NCBI GenBank assembly: GCA_964187785.1 | Contig: OZ076409.1 | Location: 87,546,001-87,610,000 of the forward strand | DNA length: 64,000 bases | Source of the DNA: Amphiscolops sp. MND2022 | Taxonomy: Eukaryota | Direction: 5' to 3' | In this document: positions 21,494-31,320 of the stretch, piece by piece | How positions within the stretch are numbered: position 1 is the first letter of the stretch | Layout of the letters: the number at the start of each line of letters is the position of its first letter | Program-made: the position numbers and the translations under genes | Notes under the pieces: model-generated | Databases searched by the model: none | Told to the model about the DNA's origin: nothing | The model's input: the letters and a program-made list of their open reading frames with translations, nothing else

Positions 21494-24400
21494 ATGTCTT
21501 CGAACACAGGTTGGTCTGGTTTTCATATATTGAACTAGTTTAGCTTGATCAGGGCTAGACTTTGTTCACAATAAGCTTCCTGTTTCCACTAATAAGCGCG
21601 TGATAGCACATTTTGTTCAAATTCTCAAGTACTTCCGGAAGATTTCTAATGCGGTAAAATGGATTCTTTTCGAGGAAGCATACCGCCAAACTTTATCTCT
21701 TTTCGTTTAGAGAATCAAACAACCGAAGTTGTCGATGTACCAGCCGAACCTACTGCTACTACTTCAGCAGCTAGTCCCCCAACCGAAACTGGTCCACAAA
21801 TCCAGAATCCCGGTGTGTCCCAAGAGCTATCTCGGAGCCGAGCAGAAGACGTCACTTCTACTCACAGCGCTGACAGTGACCCAGATGTGACATTGTATGC
21901 TGAATCCATGGTCCAACGAATGCAGCAGGCACAACTCATCACTGCACAGGAGAATGATCAGCTCGAATCCGCCCAGCTGCATGGTCAAGAACCGGTTAAT
22001 GACCCCCCGGGAATTATGTCAACAACGACTGAGAACCGAAGGTCGAGTACCCCCATTCAGTCAGATGAGGAGGAAATTCAGGAAGCTGATCTGTCTGCTT
22101 TGGAATCTGCTTTGAGGGTCATTGGTCATTGAGGCCTCTGAGTCTCAGTTGCCCGAACTGAGGAACAGGGACGAATCAGGCCCTTTGGATGGAAGCGGGG
22201 TTCAACCCAAGACTGATGAAGATAACGCCTCGTCCGTTTGTGACGTACCCTCACTCCCTGGCGGTGACCCTAAGGTACGATTCACTGAAGAGTTGGGTGA
22301 AGAAGAAGAGTCTACTGGAGAGTCGAGTAGACTAGTTCCTGTGGAACTGTACGGACGTCCCCCATTTGGCCCTGAATCTGAAACTGAATGTGAAAGGGAA
22401 ACTAGTTCCGAATGCCAGCCTTTGGGAACTGGGAAGACGCGGACAGCTGGGGGAAGTTCAAGTCAAGACAAACCCCCGGAACTGTCGGGTCGCAGTAGGG
22501 CCATCCTGAAGGAATACTTCGATTCTGCATCCCCAATTAGACTTCCTGTCGGGCACACTACTATCGCCCTCACAGAGCCCCAAATGTATCACCTCCTGCG
22601 TACACTCACAGACGAGACTCTCCGCCAGTCTTTCAACACCATGGAAAGAATGGTATTAGATGCCGTCCGAGGCACCCCGACTGCTCTCCCTTCACGCACC
22701 TCCCACTTTCAACTCAAGAGAAGAGCACAAACTCCCGGACCTGGGTCTCAAAGTGATTCTGAGTCGGACAGTGACCTTCTTGGAACAGCCTCAGATCAGC
22801 CAGGATCAAGCAGCGACGACTCTGGTGGGGCTTCCTTCTACGAAGAAAGTGACAGTGCTACTGAGATGGACTTGATAACGAAGTCCTTCAAACAAACTCC
22901 TTCTCAACCTCTAGTCGGAGGGGTCCAGGCGGACACGCCTAGCAGTCAGCAGCATATAGGGCTAGATGCTGAGGGTTCCAGTAGCCAGGATACCACCCTA
23001 TATGAAATGCGTGAACAGGCACAAAAGGACCAAACAGAAGGACATTCCAAATCGAGGAAGAAAAAGGGCAATAAGAGACTTTCCAGGAGAGGCGTACCCA
23101 TGAGAGAAGAATTCTTCTCCAAAATAGGATGGACAAGGTGGTTCATTTCCGGGCCGGCCGATCCCTTGCATAATCCGCTTATGGTTTGGTGCCATTTTTG
23201 CAAGAAGAATTTTTCTATAAAATCAAAGGGGCCCTACGAGATCTTGAGACATCATCGGACAGATCGCCACCTGAGACGTGACCAGAGGTGGCGTTACGAA
23301 CACCTGCGCAGCGTCGACCCAGTTAGTGGCAAAGTGCAGCATCGAGTTAGAGGGGCCAACGGCAAGATCTTGACGAAGATCGAACTGGCCAATCAGCTGC
23401 CCAAATTCATCAAGGCTGAACTGGTGGACATAGGGGAGAGGTTCCCTTTCTACGAGGACTTCATCCGAGGGACCACTACAGCCTTGGTCACACAGGAAGC
23501 AAGAGTAAAGACTCAACTTTGCCTGGTGGGCGATTTTATAAAGACTCTGGGTGACTTATCCGTCCTGAGGAACATGTGGGCTAGGATGGGCGCCTTCACC
23601 AACCACCAAGCCACTGTGTGCGATTTTGATTGGAGTGAAGAACGCATGAGTGTAAGTATATTTCTGGTAATCCATCCACTAATTTGAGTGTTTCCTTCTA
23701 AAATAGTTCCATTTCTCTTTCAGGCCATATTCCAACACTTCTTCACGAGCGCCCTGACCGACATTGCTGAGCATGTCACTGCCGAACAATGCTTCGCTAT
23801 TGAATTTGAGGCTGCCGGGATATACCGCTACATGAGCGTCAAGTTCTGGAGGGGTCATGAGCTTTGCCGGGTCTTCATTTGCCGAAGTTCCCTTCCCGCG
23901 ACTGACGTGACTGGCGAACTGGGGTCTCTAGCCCGATTTTTGTCAGCTGTCTCGACCCAACCGGATGTGGTGGCATGCTCTGGGTGCCACGTTGATTTCG
24001 CAAAGACGATAGACCAGTCCGACTACTTCCCACAAGGAGTCCAATGCTGTTTCCGCTTCGAACAACTATCATTGCCTACTTTGATGCACAAATCCAAGTA
24101 TTCTGTCTTTGGTCAAATAGACTTCTTCTCCGTCCTCCAGGCCCTGATGGTGTCCCTGGGCGGCTCTCTGACTGAAGAATGGGCAATGCGAAGTCCTGAG
24201 CTTACTAAAGTAAGTATTTTGCTTCGTCTTTCTTTTAGTAGTCGGGGGTTGGTTAACTTAGGTACCGTAAGGAACAGTCCCCAACAGCAAAATTGGTTTT
24301 AACAGGCAGTGACCAGTTGCAAACTTGACATCAGGACTCTCCCGGTTCTCTGTACGGAGCTGGCCAAGGAGTGGAAACCCATACTCCGCTATTTAACCGA

Positions 24401-25871
24401 GCACGCCCCCATTCAAGGAGGCCAAGGAGTCCGTGGCAGGGTTAGATTTGCTTTCATTCCTTTAATGGTATAACCAGATGGTTTCATAATAAGGTCTTCA
24501 GCCTTCTCTAGTCTACCAAACTCTTTGTGAAACCTGACGTACGTTTCTCCTTTAAGGCACAGAGCTTCGAGTGGTCCCTGATCTGTGACGAATTTTTCGT
24601 CGTCAAGTTGGAGTTCTTCAACAGGCTCGTGAGCGACTGTAAGTAGTTTACCTTTAGGATAGTCGTCCAGGGTTTTACTCCACTCTAGGTTTTGCTTTGT
24701 GTTTCCAGACGTGGCAAGTTTCCCAGTGAACCTCCAACACAGACGTGATTCCTCCTTTTATCTATGTGGAGAAGTCTGCCAGTTCTTAAGTTCACTTTGC
24801 TCTCGCGTCTATACTCCCGATACGGTGCCTCTAGCGAATGCCTGGTTCCTGTTGTTGCGCTTCCAGACCAGTGAGGCCACTTTCCTGGATGGAGAGGAAT
24901 ACCTGATCCGTTTGAGGCTCTCTCATAAAGTATCATCGGCCAGCAAAGCAAAAGCAGAAGGAATGCATTTCGGGAAAAAATCGGAACGCCCAGCGATCCT
25001 GGCTACTACAGAGACTGTGAAGTCCGATTTCATCAAAGATAGTCAGCAATATATTCAGTACCTAATCAATGAGGTCCTTCGGCAGACTGGGCTGACTACC
25101 AACATTGTGAAGGGGATGGCCGCTTTCGACCCTCTTATCCTGTTCAAGCGACCTATGGAAATAGCCCTGCGGCACTTTGACATTCTCTACAGTACCTTCT
25201 CTCTCCGTTCTTGGGTCTCCAGTGCTAACGAGTCCTTGTGCCGGGATCAATAGATGCAGTTACTTGACCATCTACGTACAGCCTATGACCCAGATTTCGA
25301 CATATCGAGTGTTTCAGCTGATCTGATTGAGTTCCTGTCCGAGTTGGAATTCCTCCGTAATCGTAGCTGTTTGTTCTACTTATTCAAGTTGTGTTGCTTG
25401 TGCGCTACGACTGTCAGTCCCACGTACCCTGATGTCACCTTCGGGACAATTTCCACTGCTGGACGTCATAACAGATTGACCGACGTTATTCTTCCCAGCC
25501 AAAGTTACGTGGCTAACGTGCGCGATGCGGTTGCTTTCTGTAGCGACAACGGGAACCTGACTAAGTTCATCGACTTCTCTTCTTCTTTCGGACGTTCTGC
25601 ATTTGCCTCTGACTATGATCCTTGGACCTACGTGGACAATTTCGGACGTTCAAAGATTTATAAGTCGTTGCTGGCCTCCTACCGGACAGCACTTTCCACC
25701 CCTCAGAAAACTCTGGTCCGGAGTGCACCAGTGGATCAAAGTTCCGTAGCTGATACATCTGCTGTGAAGGCCCCTTCTAGCCCTAAGCGAAGGAAAATGG
25801 AACGTCGAGCTTCTCGGGCATCCTCATCGTCCACTGTTGGAGCCATTGAGCCTGGTTCATCTAAAGACTAA
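21494..25871 (+). pseudogene. Spliced antisense cargo gene: Zn-finger, hAT-transposase-like protein (~1271 aa reconstructed), two lesions in this copy
   Basis: Predicted exons 21494-21509, 21711-23651, 23724-24209, 24306-24440, 24557-24638, 24709-25871, all GT-AG with matching phases. WCHFC-x16-HHRTDRH finger. 7-bp duplication at 22117-22130 and in-frame TAG at 25251. Confidence 0.8.
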
Positions 25872-26118
25872 CTGTACATATGTATGTATGTACATTTGGA
25901 CTGTAAACTTTGTTGATTTCTTTGTTGTATTTATTCTTTCGTTTGCCCTTGATTTCTGTTTCCTCATTGTTTGTATCTTTCACCCCCGTATTTATTTATT
26001 TTGAAAGGGGTCCTTCATTCGTCCCATTATTTATTCAAAAGATACGAAAAGGGACTGGAAAAAAAACGGAAAAGAAGATAATAAGAAAGAACTCCCATTT
26101 TCGGGAAGAATTCAATCT

Positions 26119-29100
26119 TTAGTATCTGAAGTCTTCTGAGTAGTTTGGATTAGGGTTAGGCCTGAGATTATATTTCCCTCCTCTAGGGCTCAGACTTTCA
26201 TTTTTAGCATCGCTTTCGGATATTTCGGGCACGATAATATCATCCCCCCTTTTTGGAGAGGTTTGTGCATCGTTTTCATTCATCGAATTTCTTTCTGAAA
26301 AAATTTCGGCATTTTCTGGTCCACCTGCCGTACTCGGCAAAGGATTTTCTTGGTTTTTTGGGGAAACGGCCGGATTCGGCCAATCAGATTTGGTATTTTC
26401 TGTCACTGCAGTAGCTTTATTTCTTTCAGTGACGTCATCATCCAAGCGTTCATTCCGGTTGTGTGTCGCGTTGTCGTTGTTCAATTCTTCTCGCGTGATT
26501 ATGTAATCCGCTTCATTCTCGTTTGCGTCATTTGTATTTTCTGCCGTACTCGGCCGTTCGCCGTTTGGCAAGCTAGTCGGAATAGGTTCGTTGCCTCGTG
26601 TAATTAGCTGTTCGCCGAAGTCTGTTTCCCACGTTATGACGTATAAATCGTCTTGCGGAATGACAATTTCTTCGTCTGGCTGCAGACGTTGTTCTCGGAA
26701 ATTGTCCTCAAGCGGTTGATTGGGAATAAACCTTTTAAGGCGAATGCGATGCAAAATTTGAGTTTTGTTTGTATTGATCCTTCGTACTATGTAGTTTTCA
26801 TTTGGCAAAACCTTTTGGACTACAAATGGTCCAACCCAACGGTAATCGCGGAATGGAATTTTTGATCCTTGATGATCCGCTTTCGGCTGTAGGACGAAAC
26901 AGTAATCATTCTCTTTCAATGGAGCAGCTTTTGCTTTGCGGTCGTAATATTCTTTGTACTTGATGTACGACTGCATAATGTTCTGCTTCGTTTTGTCAAT
27001 TAGGATTTTTGTCCGGTTTTGGATTTCTTCTGCAAATTCGGTTTTAGGGTTGATCTTTTCGTATGGATTATTTCCAAGCTTGTGATCCAGAATGTTGTAG
27101 GGAATTCTGCCATGGAATACTCTCGTTGGCTCACAACCAATACTGGCATGATAACTCGTATTATGATTAAGTACTGCTAATGGCAAATATTTATGCCATT
27201 GTCGGCGGTATTCCCCACATGCCATTTTGAGGTTTGTCTTTAATGAGGCATGGGTCCGCTCTAATTTCCCAATTGTTTGCGGGTGCTTTGTCGTTGCACA
27301 TTTGAGTGTAATGCCCAAAATTTGCGTAACCTCCGCAATAATCGTAGAAGTGAATGCAGTACCCTTATCAGTAATAAGAGTCGTTGGCAAATATGCATGC
27401 TTGGTCATTATGTCAATGAGCGCTTTTGCCACATTGATCGCTGATGCGTCTGTAAGGGGATAAGCGAATAAATATCTGGAGAAAACATCAATTGCCGTTA
27501 GGACATTTTCATACCCTCCACTTGGGGGAAGATTCGGCAATAGGTCAATCTGCATGGCGTCTTCAGGTCCAAGGTCCCATTCGGGCAAGTTGAGCAGCTC
27601 AGGTGTGATCGTTGCGTTAGGGACTCTCTTGTCTCTGGCACATTGTTCACACCCTTCTACCCACTTTTTGACGTGTTTAGCCATGCTAGGGTAGTAATAC
27701 CTTTGTCTGATTTCCTGCAACATTTTTGAAATCCCGGGATGTTTATGCGCTGTCCCGTGAAGGGAGTGGAGCAATTCCCGAAGTAGGTGTTGCGGGAGCA
27801 AAATTTGATGGTATTTAACATTCCCTGTTTCATCAAAATATTGCCTCGTCAGGATTTCGTCCTTGAGTACAATTCGTTCCAGATTATTTGCATAGTGTCT
27901 ATATCGGGCATCCTGTTGCAGTATGTTTTCTGAATAGTCTTCAAGAAGGAGCTTTGCCTTCAATTGTTGCAATACTGCATCTTTGGACTGCTCGATGATT
28001 ATCTGGTTTGTTTTCTTCAATCGGACTTGGATGTCTGGTTGTTGTTTGACCAAATTGGTTGACAGAGTTTCTATGGTAACAGTGGGCTCATCAGTTATTG
28101 GATTTTTCCTGATTGCTTCTTTTCTTGCCCAATACTGGTCCTCTGTCTCGTCGTCATCATTCGTGTAGAATATTTGTTCTTCCTGTGATACCCCTGCAGA
28201 TTGAACATTTATTTCAATGGGTAAAGTTTGCACGTCTTCACGGATTTTCATGACTAATTTATCCTTGGGATCTGCCTCCAATCGGGACAAATAGTCAGCT
28301 GCTGTGTTCTGTGCTCCCGGAATATGCGCTATGACAAAATTGAACTGATTCACATAATCGCATGCATTCCACAGTGCTGGGGGTATTATTTTCGTTTGGA
28401 AAAATCTCGTAACGGCTTTGTTGTCGGTAAGGATAATGACCGGTTTGGGCGCACCCCAGAATATATGTCCGAATTCTTTGAATGCAAAGTAAATTGCCAG
28501 AAATTCCTTGGCATATATTGACATTTTGATCTGGGCTGGGGTGAAGGTTTTTGATCCATAGGCCACCGGTGCGTAGGATTTTCGGAGAGATGTGAATTTC
28601 TGGTTTGGGTCGTCTTCTATTAAGACCGCATATCCAGCTGCACCAAAACTTGCATCAGTCATTAGTGCGATTTGTTTGTTCGGGATAGGTTGTTGTAGGG
28701 CTAAATCGCAACATTTGTCGAGTGCCTTGTTGATTTCTTCGAATTGTTGGACTAATTCTTTCGATACTAGGACCTCTTCGTCGCTTTTGAGCATCTTGTA
28801 GAATGGAGCAAGGCGTTCGGATAATCTTGGGACATAATTCCTGTAGTAGTTCAAGAATCCCAAGTAGCGCTGCAAAGCCTTTTTCGACTTTGGGAATTTG
28901 GTCTTTTCCAGAAAGTTTTGCACGTTCTGTTTCTGAGGTTTGACGCCTTGCGGGGTAATAGTCCGTCCGAGGAAATCAATTTCTTTTGCACCAAAGTGAC
29001 ATTTGTGCATTGTCAACTTAAGGCCTGCTTCCTGAATGCATTTGAATGTTGCTCTCAGGTTCATTATGAGGTGGTCAACATCATTGGCTGCGATGCCGAT

Positions 29101-31320
29101 ATCGTCCACATACTGGGCGCACTGATCCGCTTTAATGACTTTGTCGAGGTATTCCCTCATGAAACTCGAGAATGCGGATAGTGACCGACTAAGGCCTTGT
29201 GCCAAGCGTCTGTACGCGAATGTACGACTGGCAAAATTGAAAGCCAACATTTCGATTGAGCGTTGGTCGGCCATTGGTAGGCAGTGGTATGCCTGCGAAC
29301 AGTCTAATTTACAGAACAGTTTTTTGCCTGCCAAGTGTTGGGCAGCATCAACCAAGGTGCTAACAGGGTGATTATTGTTGATATAATCATCCGAGATGAG
29401 GTTGTTGATTTTTCTCAAGTCAACCAAAAGTCGTAGCTTCCCATTTGGTTTCTTTTGGGCGAATATTGGGCTTGCATACTTTGAGAACGGTAGTGTGGTT
29501 ATGATGCCATATTTGTGCAACATGGCTAATTCGACGAGGATGTCCTCCTTCAGATTGATAGGAGCTGGAAGGCTTTGACTGTAGGCTGGGGAATCGTCCT
29601 TAGGTGTCAGTTTCACTTTGAATTCCTCGTTCATGCCTATATCAAATCGGTGTCGTGCAAAGATGTCATGGAATTCCACTAACAGTTCCTCAATTTTCTC
29701 CTTCTCTTCAGGAGTAAGGGTGGAATCTTTCCAGTCAAAGTTTTCTAAGAATTTTGCACGCGATTCTGCGTCTGTGGTGGGGTCGAGTGTCTCCAGGTCC
29801 TGTAAGGCCTGTAGCTCACGTAGGATTCGTTTTTGTCTTGGTGTGTGTTCCTCAGGATTTCCAGGGTTTTCTGGAGTTGGGAACCAGTAATTTTCGGAGT
29901 TTTGTGGATTTCTATTGGTTTTGATGAGACTGCTGACATAATGGGCTGCTTGCTCCTGATCATTCTGCAAAAGGTGCCAGGTTGATGCCGGGTCTACCGG
30001 TTTGACATACTTCATTTGTTCTGGCGTCATGACAGAGAAATTGGCAATATGTAGTCCCTTTTTGAGTTTATAAGGATGGTCTGTGAAATTGTTCACTGGT
30101 ATCAATATATTGCCGTCATTCAGAGTGACCAAGGCTGGGCAGAATGTGATGTCGCCTTCTTCATGTAGAAGGTCGCTCGGTTGTAAAATTCCAGTGACAG
30201 CATTCTCAGGGTACAGTAGAGAATTGGTCCTGATTAGGACTCTATCGTTTGGCGGAATGGTTATTTCAGTAGGGTTGAGAATTGGTTCTAGCACGTTTGA
30301 GTATTTATTGTCAGCTGTTTTTAGCTGCATTGAAAAGAACGGGAAGTTCAGGATTCCTTGTCTCATGTCCAGAACTGTATGATTTCTCTGCAGGAACATT
30401 AGTCCAATGATCGGTCCTGTCAAATGTTCCATGACTATGAAAATCTCATGAAACTCAATGTCACCAACTTCAAATTTGAGCTCTATGGTACTCTTAGGAG
30501 TTTCCAATTGCCCATTAGCGACCATGATTTGGAAATTCGGAGGTGGACCTTCTCGGATAACAGATTGTGGTGATAAAAGGCGAATTTTCCGGAGGTCCAT
30601 TTCTGGGATCGCACTGGATAGTGCCCCAGTATCAATTAGTCCGTCTATGGTCAACTCCCCAAAGTCCATTGGGAAATAAAGCATGCGTTTTTTGCAATTG
30701 AGATTGATGTTGGTTGACAGGGGTATACAGTCTGGTTCACCATCTCTGGTAATGAGTACATTTTGGAATTGTGTTTCATCTAATAATGATTGTGGCGTGA
30801 TTTCACCACTGTTTTCAGTATTCTCGGTCCCCAGGGGATTTGGGAACACCGGATGGCTTGTGCCATCATTCATTTGCCAGGTTTCAATCAATGCTCTAGT
30901 TTTCTTGTTGTGGGTGATTGGAGGATTTTCATGGGCTGATTTATTGTAGAGTTCGATATCATCAATGACGTATTGGAATTGTAGCAGATCTTGGTTGTAG
31001 AGTTCCGTGTCCCAATAGGGGTCTCGTCCATAATCGGGGTCTATGTAGGTAGGGTTGTAATCGTCTACCAAGGGAATAGGCCTGAATCGGGTAGTGAAGG
31101 TAGTAGTATAATCAGGATCCCAAACAGGAATTGGTTTCTGGAATAAATGGGTGTTGTTGTAGGTGATGATGGTAGCTTTTTCCATCTGTTGCTGCCAGAC
31201 GACAGAGGGATAGCCCATCAATTGTTGATTGTATTGGTGGAAAGTTTGCGTTGGAGGGTCCGATCTGATGTATTGTCGGACAGAGACTAGTTGGTCATAG
31301 TGGAGTCGTGGCGAAGCTAG
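26119..31320 (-). CDS. Pol (protease, RT, RNase H, integrase) of family B element
   Basis: LIDTGA; QYVDD; TDAS/KE/TDN; LH..HPG..CEQC; IDL, TDKG, LER; WVGPF (GPY/F). The frame is open upstream of the listed 31221 start, back to the gag stop. Confidence 0.96.
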   Translation of the reverse strand, partial: LASPRLHYDQLVSVRQYIRSDPPTQTFHQYNQQLMGYPSVVWQQQMEKATIITYNNTHLFQKPIPVWDPDYTTTFTTRFRPIPLVDDYNPTYIDPDYGRDPYWDTELYNQDLLQFQYVIDDIELYNKSAHENPPITHNKKTRALIETWQMNDGTSHPVFPNPLGTENTENSGEITPQSLLDETQFQNVLITRDGEPDCIPLSTNINLNCKKRMLYFPMDFGELTIDGLIDTGALSSAIPEMDLRKIRLLSPQSVIREGPPPNFQIMVANGQLETPKSTIELKFEVGDIEFHEIFIVMEHLTGPIIGLMFLQRNHTVLDMRQGILNFPFFSMQLKTADNKYSNVLEPILNPTEITIPPNDRVLIRTNSLLYPENAVTGILQPSDLLHEEGDITFCPALVTLNDGNILIPVNNFTDHPYKLKKGLHIANFSVMTPEQMKYVKPVDPASTWHLLQNDQEQAAHYVSSLIKTNRNPQNSENYWFPTPENPGNPEEHTPRQKRILRELQALQDLETLDPTTDAESRAKFLENFDWKDSTLTPEEKEKIEELLVEFHDIFARHRFDIGMNEEFKVKLTPKDDSPAYSQSLPAPINLKEDILVELAMLHKYGIITTLPFSKYASPIFAQKKPNGKLRLLVDLRKINNLISDDYINNNHPVSTLVDAAQHLAGKKLFCKLDCSQAYHCLPMADQRSIEMLAFNFASRTFAYRRLAQGLSRSLSAFSSFMREYLDKVIKADQCAQYVDDIGIAANDVDHLIMNLRATFKCIQEAGLKLTMHKCHFGAKEIDFLGRTITPQGVKPQKQNVQNFLEKTKFPKSKKALQRYLGFLNYYRNYVPRLSERLAPFYKMLKSDEEVLVSKELVQQFEEINKALDKCCDLALQQPIPNKQIALMTDASFGAAGYAVLIEDDPNQKFTSLRKSYAPVAYGSKTFTPAQIKMSIYAKEFLAIYFAFKEFGHIFWGAPKPVIILTDNKAVTRFFQTKIIPPALWNACDYVNQFNFVIAHIPGAQNTAADYLSRLEADPKDKLVMKIREDVQTLPIEINVQSAGVSQEEQIFYTNDDDETEDQYWARKEAIRKNPITDEPTVTIETLSTNLVKQQPDIQVRLKKTNQIIIEQSKDAVLQQLKAKLLLEDYSENILQQDARYRHYANNLERIVLKDEILTRQYFDETGNVKYHQILLPQHLLRELLHSLHGTAHKHPGISKMLQEIRQRYYYPSMAKHVKKWVEGCEQCARDKRVPNATITPELLNLPEWDLGPEDAMQIDLLPNLPPSGGYENVLTAIDVFSRYLFAYPLTDASAINVAKALIDIMTKHAYLPTTLITDKGTAFTSTIIAEVTQILGITLKCATTKHPQTIGKLERTHASLKTNLKMACGEYRRQWHKYLPLAVLNHNTSYHASIGCEPTRVFHGRIPYNILDHKLGNNPYEKINPKTEFAEEIQNRTKILIDKTKQNIMQSYIKYKEYYDRKAKAAPLKENDYCFVLQPKADHQGSKIPFRDYRWVGPFVVQKVLPNENYIVRRINTNKTQILHRIRLKRFIPNQPLEDNFREQRLQPDEEIVIPQDDLYVITWETDFGEQLITRGNEPIPTSLPNGERPSTAENTNDANENEADYIITREELNNDNATHNRNERLDDDVTERNKATAVTENTKSDWPNPAVSPKNQENPLPSTAGGPENAEIFSERNSMNENDAQTSPKRGDDIIVPEISESDAKNESLSPRGGKYNLRPNPNPNYSEDFRY

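Noticed and set aside
19794..25871. env gene in the position 3' of pol
   Set aside because: No signal peptide, furin site or clear TM anchor; the proteins look nuclear and the larger gene is antisense.
21000..26100. Independent hAT DNA transposon nested in the LTR element
   Set aside because: No TIRs or 8-bp TSD found by eye, and catalytic residues appear absent; not fully excluded without comparing copies.
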